Positions 1-9,217 of a stretch of DNA of 64,000 bases are shown here, piece by piece (the first letter of the stretch is position 1; each line of letters opens with the position of its first letter). Location of the stretch: positions 1,216,001 to 1,280,000 of the forward strand of contig CAVXXK010000001.1 of the NCBI GenBank assembly GCA_963765675.1, read 5' to 3'. Under the pieces are notes generated by a model, which did no database searches, was not told the DNA's origin, and saw only the letters and a list, made by a program, of their open reading frames with translations. A program made the position numbers and the translations under genes. Source of the stretch: an uncultured delta proteobacterium (GTDB lineage: Bacteria > Desulfobacterota > Binatia > Binatales > Binataceae).

Positions 1-686
1 CGGAAAACGACGCGGTACGGCAGCGGGCACGGCACTACACTCGAAAGCGGCGCTCGCACATCTTCGTAGTGAAGGTGGTCGGTCGCCGACGCGCGCAGGC
101 TCATCGCTTTCCAAGTCGGATCGATGCGTACACCTTTCTGATCGGTGCGCACCAAAACCAGATGGGGCGCCCGCTCGGTCTCGAAGAGGAAGGTGATTCC
201 GGTGTAGTCGGCATAACGGCCGCCGGAGCCAAACGAGGCGACGCCGTTTAGCACGACCTTCTCTCCATCGACCTTGCCAATCACTCCAGTACCGGCGCCG
301 GCCGGCAGACAGACCCAATGTCGATTGGCCGTGATGCTGCGCAGCAACTCGATGTGAGCGGGGCCGAGAAGGCCGCAGTAGAAGTGAAACACGCACAGGT
401 GGTTCCACAGGCACCATCCGGTCGAGCCGCACGCCGCGGCCACGGCTTCCAGCTCTCGTCCCATCGCGGTGATGCTGCTTTCGAGGCCGCCCAATGCTCT
501 CACAGCCGACATGCGCATGACGTCGTTGCTCTTCAACGCCGCAATCACGGCCGATGAGACCGAGCGGGTGGCGTCAGCCTCCGCCGCTTGCGCTGCGATC
601 AAGGGCAACAGCGGCGCGATTAAAAGATCGTTCGGCTGCGCCAGAGCGGCTGAGGCATGGCTTTGATTGGAGTTGCGGCTATCCAT
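1..686 (-). CDS. Acyl-CoA-dehydrogenase-fold flavin-dependent monooxygenase (HsaA/DszC-like), runs off the window edge
   Basis: Not in the ORF track. Manual translation from ATG at 686 is open to the edge: MDSRNSNQ...LLPLIAAQAAEADATRSVS...ELEAVAAACGSTGWCLWNH...VLNGVASFGSGGRYAD...PTWKAMSLRASATDHLHYEDV, matching the group D monooxygenase pattern. Confidence 0.8.
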   Translation of the reverse strand, partial: MDSRNSNQSHASAALAQPNDLLIAPLLPLIAAQAAEADATRSVSSAVIAALKSNDVMRMSAVRALGGLESSITAMGRELEAVAAACGSTGWCLWNHLCVFHFYCGLLGPAHIELLRSITANRHWVCLPAGAGTGVIGKVDGEKVVLNGVASFGSGGRYADYTGITFLFETERAPHLVLVRTDQKGVRIDPTWKAMSLRASATDHLHYEDVRAPLSSVVPCPLPYRVVF

Positions 687-769
687 TTTTCTATATCGCT
701 AATCCAGAGACTAATTTAACCCGGGGTCGTCACGCTGCGCTCGCGTGGGGCCGATTGGTTTTACCTTAG

Positions 770-1000
770 TTGGAACATCGTGTCTCGCCCGGATCATTCG
801 GCGAATCTCGACCTAACGTCCGCCGATGGGATTGGGCAGGTTTTAGTTCGCGTGCGATTCGGGGCGCCGAACGACTCGTCGACTTCGAGATCGAAGAGGT
901 CATCGAAAACGCCGAAGGCTTTCCGCTCCTGACCAAATTTCGCCAACCGTCGCGTTTCAATCGCAAATCTGAGCCCTCGCTTCGATTGGCCTTTCGATAA
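770..1000 (+). pseudogene. Probable C-terminal remnant of a pyridoxamine 5'-phosphate oxidase-like (FMN split-barrel) gene
   Basis: GAERLVDFEIEEVIENAEGFPLLTKFRQPSRFN resembles the GAERLV.F.IEEV...PL...F...S.FN tail of that family; no N-terminal part or RBS. Confidence 0.4.
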
Positions 1001-1110
1001 GGACAGGTGCAAAAGATTGCGCTTGATGCGAGTATACTGAACCTCGGCTAAAAGTGGTTACCTTGGCAAAAAAGGGGACGAGATAAAATCGTGAGGATTC
1101 GTGGATTTGT

Positions 1111-2088
1111 ATGAATAAGAGCAAGCCCCGTTTCGGCCTCACCCTACCAAACCGAGGTGTAATCACCGGTGCGACTACCATCGCCGAGATGCTCGAGATG
1201 GCCGAGTGGGCGGACTCCGCCGGGTGGGACTCAGTCTGGGTTGGTGATTCAATCTTCGCCAAGCCGCGCCTCGACGCGATTGCGCTGCTCGGCGCGCTCG
1301 CGGCCCGGACCAAGCGTGTCCGCTTGGGGCCAGCGTGCTTCGCCAGCACTCCACTTCGTGATCCTCTGATCCTCGCCTATCAGTGGGCGTGCCTCGATTT
1401 CATGTCGGGCGGCCGCACTATTTTCGTCGCGTGCAAGGGCCAGCCCGAAGTCGGCGGCGGCAACTTCGAGCAGGAGTTTGCCATGCTTCGGGTCGATCCG
1501 AAGTCGCGCGTACGCCGAATGGAAGAGGCGATCGAGATCATGCGGCTGACCTCGTCGCGCGAAGGTGTTAGCTACGATGGCAAATACACGAGTTTCCGCG
1601 ATCTAACGATTCTGCCGCGTCCCGTTCAGCAGCCCCTCCCCATCTGGGTGACGGCCAATCCGCGCTTGCCCCGCGACTTCCCGAGCGCGTTCCGCCGCGT
1701 CGCGAAGCTCGGCGACGGCTGGATGACCACTGGCGGTACACCCGACACGTTGCGCCAATCGCTCGCGATGATTCGCGGCTATGCGCACGAGCTCGGTCGC
1801 GATTTGCCGGCGAACTTCGAGGTCTGTGTCTATTACAACATCAACGTCAACGAGGATCGCGAGGCGGCACTGGCCGAATCCAAGCGCTTCCTCGATGTCT
1901 ACTACTCGACAGACTACTCGCGCGACTTTCTGGAAAACTGGGTCGCCATGGGATCGCCCGCCCAGTGCATCGAGAACATCCGCGGCTTCATAGATGCGGG
2001 CGCCACCACGATCACACTCCGAATAACGGGCTACGATCAGAAAAAGCAGTTCAAGCGCGTAACGCAGGAAGTACTGGCGCAAATCTAG
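1111..2088 (+). CDS. LLM-class (luciferase-like) flavin-dependent oxidoreductase
   Basis: FGLTLPN, GWDSVWVGDS, LAARTKRVRLG, LDFMSGGR, PRPVQQPLPIW, RRVAKLGDGW, GSPAQCIE. Confidence 0.93.
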   Translation: MNKSKPRFGLTLPNRGVITGATTIAEMLEMAEWADSAGWDSVWVGDSIFAKPRLDAIALLGALAARTKRVRLGPACFASTPLRDPLILAYQWACLDFMSGGRTIFVACKGQPEVGGGNFEQEFAMLRVDPKSRVRRMEEAIEIMRLTSSREGVSYDGKYTSFRDLTILPRPVQQPLPIWVTANPRLPRDFPSAFRRVAKLGDGWMTTGGTPDTLRQSLAMIRGYAHELGRDLPANFEVCVYYNINVNEDREAALAESKRFLDVYYSTDYSRDFLENWVAMGSPAQCIENIRGFIDAGATTITLRITGYDQKKQFKRVTQEVLAQI

Positions 2089-2153
2089 ATCCGATGTGCA
2101 TCGCTCCGGAACGAAGACATCGATCCTTTGTCCACCTTCCCGGAGGGACCGGC

Positions 2154-3065
2154 CTAATAGCGGTTCTTCGTCACAGTGGGCAGGTCATACTCAGAGCGGC
2201 ACATGTCTTCATAGTCGCGCTTCGCCCGCTCGACTAACATCGCGCGATCTTTTTCCGGCAGGCCACCGAGCATTGCCACTTTGCGGTAATCGCTCGGCAC
2301 GTAGCTCAGATGACTTACCAGGCCATAGGCAGGATCGAGCACGTGAAGCTGGATCGCGCGAGGTTCCATGACGAACTCGAAGCCGTCGCCGCCCGCGAGA
2401 TCAAGCGACACTTGATGGCACGTGCTCGGCGCGGTCGATGCTATGGTGCCTGCCCACGCGACGTGGATCGGCCGGTGGATGTGGCCGGCCGCCACCCGGA
2501 CCACATTGCGGTGGCGGGCGACGATCTCCTCCATCCGGCGGCCGCCATGCAGACCGGACGAGTCCATCCAGTTTACGCCGGTGCGAAACGGTGGATGATG
2601 CATGAAAATCATCGTGGGGCGATCCGGTTGCGCGCTCAGCGTTTCCTCCAGCCATTCCAGTCGCGCATCGCACATCATGCCGTGATGATGCTCGGGCACT
2701 GATGTATCGAGTCCGAGGAGCCGGATCGGGTAATCATCGATCGCGTAATGGACAAAGGGCGATCCGGCGCCCGGCAGGTACGGCCTATCGGCAAAAGCCT
2801 TGAGGAGTGCATCGCGCCGGTCATGATTGCCCGGAATCACGAACACCGGCATCGCTAGCGGCGCGAGGATCTCGCGCAGGACCTCGTATTCTTCTTCGCG
2901 GCCATGATCGACCAGATCGCCCGACGCAATTACGACGTCCGGTCGCGGTGCAAGACTATTGATGTGACCGACCGCCTCTGCCAGCTGTGCGTTGGTCGGA
3001 ATTTGCCGATAGCAGAGGCGGTCCTTCGCTACCACATGCAGGTCGGTTATCTGCGCGACGATCAT
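2154..3065 (-). CDS. cpdA: Metallophosphoesterase, CpdA/Icc/GpdQ-type phosphodiesterase
   Basis: Calcineurin-like motifs TDLH, SGDL, PGNHD, MHHPP, AGHIH. Confidence 0.88.
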   Translation of the reverse strand: MIVAQITDLHVVAKDRLCYRQIPTNAQLAEAVGHINSLAPRPDVVIASGDLVDHGREEEYEVLREILAPLAMPVFVIPGNHDRRDALLKAFADRPYLPGAGSPFVHYAIDDYPIRLLGLDTSVPEHHHGMMCDARLEWLEETLSAQPDRPTMIFMHHPPFRTGVNWMDSSGLHGGRRMEEIVARHRNVVRVAAGHIHRPIHVAWAGTIASTAPSTCHQVSLDLAGGDGFEFVMEPRAIQLHVLDPAYGLVSHLSYVPSDYRKVAMLGGLPEKDRAMLVERAKRDYEDMCRSEYDLPTVTKNRY

Positions 3066-3081
3066 CTTTCACCCGCGCTTG

Positions 3082-3480
3082 TCAGGCGGCGACGAAGACC
3101 TCGCGGGCGTGGTTGGTATCGCAGTACTCCAGGACCTGCGCGATACGGTCGCCGTCGAACTTGAGGTAGAAGTGATACAGATTGTTGTACTTGCGGCCGT
3201 TGGCGGCCGTCGTGTTCGACTCGCATTGTACCGAAACGTTGTTGCCTTCGCTGAAGACGGTGCCGAACTTCATGTTGACGCCGTTGGGCATCATCGTTTT
3301 GAGGCCCTTGGCAAATCCCTTGAGCCCTTCCTTTCCTTTGACTGGCGCGAAGCCTGGCATCCGCGTCATCACGCGCCATTCGAAATTGTCGGCGACCATA
3401 GGTTCGATTTTAGCCGGGTCCGGATTCTCAAGCGTCGACAGAAACTCGACTGCTCTTTCTTTTTGTTGTGCTGGTGTCAT
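3082..3480 (-). CDS. NTF2/SnoaL-like protein
   Basis: 132 aa; SEGNNVSV, NGRKYNNLYHF, GDRIAQVLEYCDT; GGAGG RBS. Confidence 0.88.
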   Translation of the reverse strand: MTPAQQKERAVEFLSTLENPDPAKIEPMVADNFEWRVMTRMPGFAPVKGKEGLKGFAKGLKTMMPNGVNMKFGTVFSEGNNVSVQCESNTTAANGRKYNNLYHFYLKFDGDRIAQVLEYCDTNHAREVFVAA

Positions 3481-3550
3481 GGCGAAACCTCCTGATGTGT
3501 CGATAGCTACTCAAACGGAACCGATTGCGCAAACTCGCGAAGTATAGGGT

Positions 3551-4498
3551 TCAGCTTCGCGGCAGAAACTCGTTGCGAAGGCCGGACGTCAGTTGCGATG
3601 GCGCCGTGCGATCGAGCGAGTCGAGGTCCCATCCACCTTCGCGAATCATCGTGCGCGACGGCTCGGGTTCCGGGTAGATGCCGACCATCTCACCTCCGGC
3701 CACAAACGTTCTGCCGTTCACATTCGCGGCGGCCTCGGTACACAACCACACCACCAGCGCGGCGACCTGCTCGGGCTTGTTGTCGAGCGGATTCGCCATC
3801 GGTACCGGCACGCCGCGGTCGCCGAGCATCGCGCGCGTGCGCTCCATTGCTTTGAGCGCCTCCTCGTCGAACAGCCGCGTGGCGGCGCGAGGCCGAATCG
3901 CGTTGCATCGCACGTTGAAGCGCCCGAGGTCGCGCGCAATCGTGCGTGTGAAACCTACGATGCCTTCCTTCGCCGCCGAGTAGCTCGATTGCCCCAGGTG
4001 ACCGAGGCCCGACTCGGACGCGGTGTTGACGATTACGCCGCTTTTGTGTTCGCGAAAAATCATCGCGGCCGCACGGATGGTCGAGAAGGTGCCCTTCATA
4101 TGCACCGCGATGACGTCGTCCCAATCGCTCTCACTCATATTGTAGATGATGCGCGGGCGCACGATGCCGGCGTTGTTGACGAGAATGTCGAGCCGCCCGA
4201 AGCTATCGAGCGCGGTTTGAATGATTCGCGCGCCACCGTCCATGGTCGCGACGTTGTCGTAATTCGCTACCGCCGCGCCGCCTGCGGCGCGGATTTCCTC
4301 CACCACTTGCGCGGCGACGCGAACGTCGGCGCCTCCGCCGATCGGACCGCCGCCCAAATCGTTAACCACGACCTTCGCGCCCTCGCGCGCCAGCAGCATC
4401 GCCTCGGCGCGCCCGATGCCTCGGCCGGCGCCGGTGACAACAGCTACCTTTCCGGAAAGCCGCTTTTTTCCCGCTGTTTGTTCGTCTGCCATATCCAT
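3551..4498 (-). CDS. Classical SDR oxidoreductase (3-hydroxyacyl-CoA dehydrogenase-like)
   Basis: TGAGRGIG, GAKVVVNDLG, NNAG, YSAAK. Confidence 0.94.
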   Translation of the reverse strand: MDMADEQTAGKKRLSGKVAVVTGAGRGIGRAEAMLLAREGAKVVVNDLGGGPIGGGADVRVAAQVVEEIRAAGGAAVANYDNVATMDGGARIIQTALDSFGRLDILVNNAGIVRPRIIYNMSESDWDDVIAVHMKGTFSTIRAAAMIFREHKSGVIVNTASESGLGHLGQSSYSAAKEGIVGFTRTIARDLGRFNVRCNAIRPRAATRLFDEEALKAMERTRAMLGDRGVPVPMANPLDNKPEQVAALVVWLCTEAAANVNGRTFVAGGEMVGIYPEPEPSRTMIREGGWDLDSLDRTAPSQLTSGLRNEFLPRS

Positions 4499-4650
4499 AG
4501 CTCCTGCGCCGAGTCGAATACTCCCCCTGTCTCCTCACCCAAATGCCGGAATCGCCGGCGACAAGTAACAGTCCCTTCAGGATGTGTTTGACATCCTTTC
4601 CAGAATATTCGGTATCATGGTTACCGGCCAACTAAACGATCGGTCAGGAG

Positions 4651-4672
4651 CACAGGCTGAAGCCTGTGCCAC
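4651..4672. repeat. Single REP element (GTGG-type, minus orientation)
   Basis: cacaggc-tgaa-gcctgtg-ccac; 21/22 identical to the copy at 36004-36025. Confidence 0.8.
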
Positions 4673-4685
4673 GGAGATTCGCACG

Positions 4686-5813
4686 ATGCCATCGAAAGAT
4701 ATCGTTGTCGACGCTGACGGACACATCCTCGAGCCGCCCGACCTGTGGGAAAAATATCTCGAAGCGAAGTATCAGCCGCATTCAATCAAGGTGGTGAAAA
4801 ACGAGAAGGGCCTCGAGTGCCTGCAATATGACGGCAAACTCTCTCAGATGGCGCAGCCCGGGTTCCTCGCCGCACTTGGGGGGATGGGCAAGGAGCAGGA
4901 TCAACTGCGCCCCGACGCGGAGCGAACCTATGTCGGAAGCGCGCCGTTCGGCTCGATGGACGCGCGCGAGCGCGTCGAGCTACTCGATCGCGAGAACCTC
5001 GCCAAGGCGGTGCTCTATCCGACCCTGGGAATTTTGTGGGAGGCCGAAGTTGAGGACGTCGAGCTCTCGCAGGCTTACTGCCGCGCTTACAATCGCTGGA
5101 TTGCCGACTTCTGCCGGCCCTACAGCGATCGTCTGATCCCGATCGCGCATTTGTCGCTCGGCGATCCTCAGGCTGCCGCCGCGGAACTCGAACGCGCCGT
5201 CAAAGACGGATGCCGCGGCGCGTTCGTTGCGCCGTTCACGATCACGCATAAGCCGCACGGCCATTCCGATCACGATCCGGTTTTCGCGATGGCTGAGAAA
5301 CTCGACGTGCCGTTCGCGATTCATCCGACCTTCGAACCCAAGGGGCTCAATCGCGCGCGCTTTCACGGGATGGAGCGGATGCCGCTGCTGGGCGTGATTG
5401 CTTCGCAGATTCTGCAGCAGCCGCTCTCGACATTTTTCCAGTTCGGCGTCTTCGACAAATTTCCCAAGCTGCGGGTGGTGATCCTCGAATCCGGTTCCTC
5501 ATGGCTCGGGTTCTGGATGGATCGCATGGATGAAGGCTACGAAACCTGGATCGGCGGCACGCTGCCGCTGAAAAAAAAGCCCAGCGAGTACGTGCGCAAG
5601 CAGGTATGGATCTCCGGCGATCCCGACGAGCAGGCCACCGCTTACGTGATCGATTACGTGGGACGTGATCGCTTCTTCTGGGCCAGCGACTTTCCGCATC
5701 CGGACCACGGAGGCAAATACCTCGACGCGCTCGAAAGGATGGTCGCACCGATGGGACCGGAGGCCCGCCGCGGCATCGTCGGTAAAAACGTCATCGACTG
5801 TTACAAACTGTAG
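4686..5813 (+). CDS. Amidohydrolase_2 family protein (paralogue 1)
   Basis: DADGHILEP, YNRWIADFC, IHP, LESG, WASDFPH; start moved to ATG 4686 behind GGAG. Confidence 0.92.
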   Translation: MPSKDIVVDADGHILEPPDLWEKYLEAKYQPHSIKVVKNEKGLECLQYDGKLSQMAQPGFLAALGGMGKEQDQLRPDAERTYVGSAPFGSMDARERVELLDRENLAKAVLYPTLGILWEAEVEDVELSQAYCRAYNRWIADFCRPYSDRLIPIAHLSLGDPQAAAAELERAVKDGCRGAFVAPFTITHKPHGHSDHDPVFAMAEKLDVPFAIHPTFEPKGLNRARFHGMERMPLLGVIASQILQQPLSTFFQFGVFDKFPKLRVVILESGSSWLGFWMDRMDEGYETWIGGTLPLKKKPSEYVRKQVWISGDPDEQATAYVIDYVGRDRFFWASDFPHPDHGGKYLDALERMVAPMGPEARRGIVGKNVIDCYKL

Positions 5814-5824
5814 GATCAGAAAAG

Positions 5825-6949
5825 ATGCCGGGAAATCAGCTCATCATCGACGCCGACGGGCATATCCTCGAGCCGGTCGACATGTGGGACAAATACCTTG
5901 AGGAAAAATTTCGCGCGCGCGGAATCAAGATTAAGCGCGATGACAAGCGGATGGAGTTCCTCGAGTACGATGGCAAACCCGCGCAACTGATGCGCAGCGG
6001 CGTGCTGCACACGCTTGGCGCGATGGGCCGTAATGCTCAGGAGATGAGGCCCTCGGCGGAGCGCACTTACGTGAACTCCGCGCCGTTCGGATCGATGGAC
6101 ATGAAGGAGCGGCTTAAGCTGCTCGATCAGGACGGCATCGACAAGGCGATTCTCTACCCGACCATCGGGCTCTTGTGGGAAGCCGAAGTCGAGGACCCGG
6201 AACTCAGCAACGCCTACTGCCGCGCCTACAATCGATGGATTGCGGATTTCTGCCGCGACTCGGGCGGGCGTCTCATTCCGATCGCGCATCTCTCGATGCT
6301 CGATGTTCCCGCCGCCGTCGCCGAGTTGGAGCGCGCGGTCAAGGACGGGTGCGAGGGCGCCTTCGTGGCGCCTTTCAACCACTTGCGCAAGGCGCACGGT
6401 CATCCTGACTTCGATCCGTTGTTCGCGAAGTTCCAGGAGCTCGACGTTCCATACGGAATCCATCCGACCTTCGAGCCGGCGTCGCTCGCGTCGCGCCGCT
6501 TCAGCGGGCTGGGCTCCTCGATTTGGTATCATCAGGTGACCGCGTGCTACGGCGCGCAGGTCGCGTTTACGACGCTGTTCTCGTTCGGCGTGTTCGACAA
6601 GTTTCCGAAGCTCAAAACGGTGGTGCTCGAATCTGGCGGCGGGTGGATCGGTTACTGGGTGGACAGGATGGATGCGCTGTACGAGGTCCCGATAAATCGC
6701 GCACCGCTGAAAAATCCGCCGAGTCATTACATCCGCACGCAGAGCTGGATTTCCGCCGATCCGGACGAGCGCGCGCTGGCCGGGCTAATCAAATTTGTCG
6801 GCGACCGATTCTTCTGGGCGAGCGATTTTCCGCATCAGGATCACGGGCGCGAATACATGAAAGAGCTGAAGGGGCTGCTGGCCGAGATGCCGTCGGCCTC
6901 GGGTGCAAAACTCGCGGGCGAGACAGTCGCCAGTTTGTATAAAATTTGA
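5825..6949 (+). CDS. Amidohydrolase_2 family protein (paralogue 2)
   Basis: Same motifs, with long identical blocks shared with the upstream gene. Confidence 0.92.
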   Translation: MPGNQLIIDADGHILEPVDMWDKYLEEKFRARGIKIKRDDKRMEFLEYDGKPAQLMRSGVLHTLGAMGRNAQEMRPSAERTYVNSAPFGSMDMKERLKLLDQDGIDKAILYPTIGLLWEAEVEDPELSNAYCRAYNRWIADFCRDSGGRLIPIAHLSMLDVPAAVAELERAVKDGCEGAFVAPFNHLRKAHGHPDFDPLFAKFQELDVPYGIHPTFEPASLASRRFSGLGSSIWYHQVTACYGAQVAFTTLFSFGVFDKFPKLKTVVLESGGGWIGYWVDRMDALYEVPINRAPLKNPPSHYIRTQSWISADPDERALAGLIKFVGDRFFWASDFPHQDHGREYMKELKGLLAEMPSASGAKLAGETVASLYKI

Positions 6950-6957
6950 TCCGTCGG

Positions 6958-7362
6958 CTACGCCGATGCCGCGTAGCTGATGAATTCGAGCAGGTTCCCG
7001 TCGGGATCGCGGAAGTAGACGCTGATCCCCTTGCCGCGTCCGCCCAGCCGCGGCACCGGACCTTCCTCGATCTCGATGCTGTTGCGCCTCAGATGCTCGA
7101 TGACGGAGTCGGGCGTGCCGGGCCACACGAAGCAGTAGTCGCCGCCGCCGATCATCGGATGCCTCGCCTTCAGCGTGATCTTGTTGTCCGGCGGATGCAG
7201 ATTGAACCGATTGCGTCCGAAGCTGACGCTGACGATCGGCCACTTGCCCGCGCGCCATTTCTCCAGGCCATCCGCCTTCGCACCGAACACGCGCACATAA
7301 AATTCCACCGAGCGCTCGATGTCGCCCACCGGCATCGCGACATGATCAATATCGATTTCCAT
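6958..7362 (-). CDS. VOC/glyoxalase family protein
   Basis: IDHVAM, FYVRVFG, EGPVPRLG, SVYFRDPDGNLLE. Confidence 0.92.
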   Translation of the reverse strand: MEIDIDHVAMPVGDIERSVEFYVRVFGAKADGLEKWRAGKWPIVSVSFGRNRFNLHPPDNKITLKARHPMIGGGDYCFVWPGTPDSVIEHLRRNSIEIEEGPVPRLGGRGKGISVYFRDPDGNLLEFISYAASA

Positions 7363-7374
7363 GAGAATCTCTCC

Positions 7375-8235
7375 TCACACTGGATGCTGGCGGAAGGTCA
7401 ACTCGACTGCGACCGCGGGCGCCTCCGATGGTGGACCTCCGGCTGAGAAGAACGCGCCGGCCAGTGCGAGCGGCGCCTCGCTGCGGAACCATACCGCGCG
7501 CCGGTACGGCTCGCCACGGAACGACGGCTTCCGGTACACGATGCGCGCGTGGGCGGCGAACAGCCGTCGGAGGTCATGCCCCGAGGCGGCCAGCAGGTCG
7601 GCGACGTGTTCCTCCATCGCACGGAGATACGCCGTTCCATTGATGTGTCGATTCGGATCGGTCTGGCCGTAGTGCCACGCGTGAGTCTGCGTTTCGATGA
7701 AGTCCGGTTTGCGCGCGAGATCGATGATCGCGTCGATGCCCGGAACTTCGATGATGCGCGTCGGCTGCTCTCCTAGTCCCAGCTCCGGCGGCAGTGATGA
7801 GACGCGGCGGCGCGCGGGATCGGGATCGTAGCGCGTGAATACGTTGAGCATCCGCGCACTGGCCAGCTGTGCTCCGGCCGCATCGAGAACGACATGGCGT
7901 CCCTCGCGCACCAGATGACGCACCGCGCCGGAGGCATCCAGCGACCTCCCGAGGAAAGATTCGCCTCGAATGATGACTCGCGCGGTCGGATCGCATGGAA
8001 GGTCGCGAGTTTCCAACTCGACATACACCAGCGGAGTGAAGATGCCGGCCGCCTTTTCGAAATCGTGCAGGCCAGCGAGGATGCGCTGCCACGGCGCGAA
8101 GTGCGAGCGGCCGGCGTATTCCGAAACCGACGAAAGCTTGATGCTTCGATTTTCGGTCAGGGTCTGGAAGTGAACCGGTTCGCGCATTCGCGTGCGCACG
8201 ATCCGATCGGCGAGGTTCGCAAACCGTTTTGCCAT
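7375..8235 (-). CDS. Double hot-dog thioesterase-like protein
   Basis: C-terminal YGQTDPNRHINGTAY resembles the acyl-ACP thioesterase D.D.N.HVNN..Y motif; sits between the MaoC and VOC genes. Confidence 0.6.
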   Translation of the reverse strand: MAKRFANLADRIVRTRMREPVHFQTLTENRSIKLSSVSEYAGRSHFAPWQRILAGLHDFEKAAGIFTPLVYVELETRDLPCDPTARVIIRGESFLGRSLDASGAVRHLVREGRHVVLDAAGAQLASARMLNVFTRYDPDPARRRVSSLPPELGLGEQPTRIIEVPGIDAIIDLARKPDFIETQTHAWHYGQTDPNRHINGTAYLRAMEEHVADLLAASGHDLRRLFAAHARIVYRKPSFRGEPYRRAVWFRSEAPLALAGAFFSAGGPPSEAPAVAVELTFRQHPV

Positions 8236-8250
8236 AGCTGCGACAGGTTG

Positions 8251-8691
8251 CTAGCGCTTGCGATTCATCATGCGATAGTCGACGTACGCGGCGACCTCGC
8301 CGTTTTGATTGGTGAGCGTCGAGCGGATCACGGTGAAGGTCATGGTGCCGGTGCGCCCGGTTTTTTCGTAGGTTTCCTTCACTTCGGTGGTGACCGAAAT
8401 CAAGTCGCCAGGACGAATCGGGGTCTTCAGCTCGAGGTCGATGCCGGCCATCAGGCTGCCGCGCGGAAATAAATTCCGCTCGACCGACCCTTCACCGCGC
8501 CGGATCAAGGTCGCGAACCACGGTGGTGCGATGGTTCCGCCATAGGGGCTGGCCTTTGCGGCGATAGGATCGAGGTAGAGCGGATTGAGATCACCGACCG
8601 CGATGCAATAGTTCGCAATCTTTTCCGCCGTCACCTCGACCGGAGCATCGGGCTGGAATCGGCGCGCGAGTTTGGTTTCGTCTTCTTTCAT
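8251..8691 (-). CDS. MaoC-like (FAS1-type) dehydratase N-terminal domain protein
   Basis: YCIAVGDLNPLY, YGGTIAPP, PIRPGD, KTGRTG, NQNGE; start trimmed to ATG 8691. Confidence 0.85.
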   Translation of the reverse strand: MKEDETKLARRFQPDAPVEVTAEKIANYCIAVGDLNPLYLDPIAAKASPYGGTIAPPWFATLIRRGEGSVERNLFPRGSLMAGIDLELKTPIRPGDLISVTTEVKETYEKTGRTGTMTFTVIRSTLTNQNGEVAAYVDYRMMNRKR

Positions 8692-8890
8692 TCTCACAGT
8701 GGTAGGCAGGGAGTGAATCGAACACTCGACACCAGGATTATCAGTTCGCTTTAGAGGAGTCCGTGCATGCGTAAGTGAGACTACGCGATGCTTTGTCTTC
8801 AAGTCCAATCCTCGAAAGTCCGAGCGTATTAGTTCACCCGGTTGGGCGGTCGGCATCGCCAGCATACATCGGGCCCTTGGCTCGGCCCGA

Positions 8891-9064
8891 CGAAAATCCG
8901 CTGAACTGCGCGCGACCACCAGTCTCGCACGCTTCCTCCGAGATACTGGCCGTCGGGATGACGCCCGTACGATGCTCGCCGAAGCTTACAACTGGTTCAC
9001 CGAGGGCTCAGACACCGCTGACATCAAGGATGCGAAGGCACTACTAGATGAACTGGAATCTTAG
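8891..9064 (+). pseudogene. C-terminal relic of a cyclase-AAA-TPR family gene
   Basis: Manual translation RKSAELRATTSLARFLRDTGRRDDARTMLAEAYNWFTEGSDTADIKDAKALLDELES* aligns with the end of 27009-28406; no start or upstream body. Confidence 0.9.
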
Positions 9065-9217
9065 GATCCAGCGAAAGTAGAGGGACATGCGCTTCACGTG
9101 TAGCCTCGGCGGGAACTTGCGTTTGCAAAACTACCGGCCTCAATGCGATCCTGTTTCCTCTTAAAATATTGAAGTCTCGGTTAAGCGTATCCAGTCGTCG
9201 ACCAGGGAGGCTAAACC

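Noticed and set aside
3593-4591. 332-aa plus-strand ORF, and similar long antisense or alternative-frame ORFs (e.g. 5816-6727, 20279-21496, 44386-46098, 51393-52559)
   Set aside because: Shadow ORFs of high-GC genes; Arg/Ala-rich with no motifs, fully overlapping well-supported CDSs
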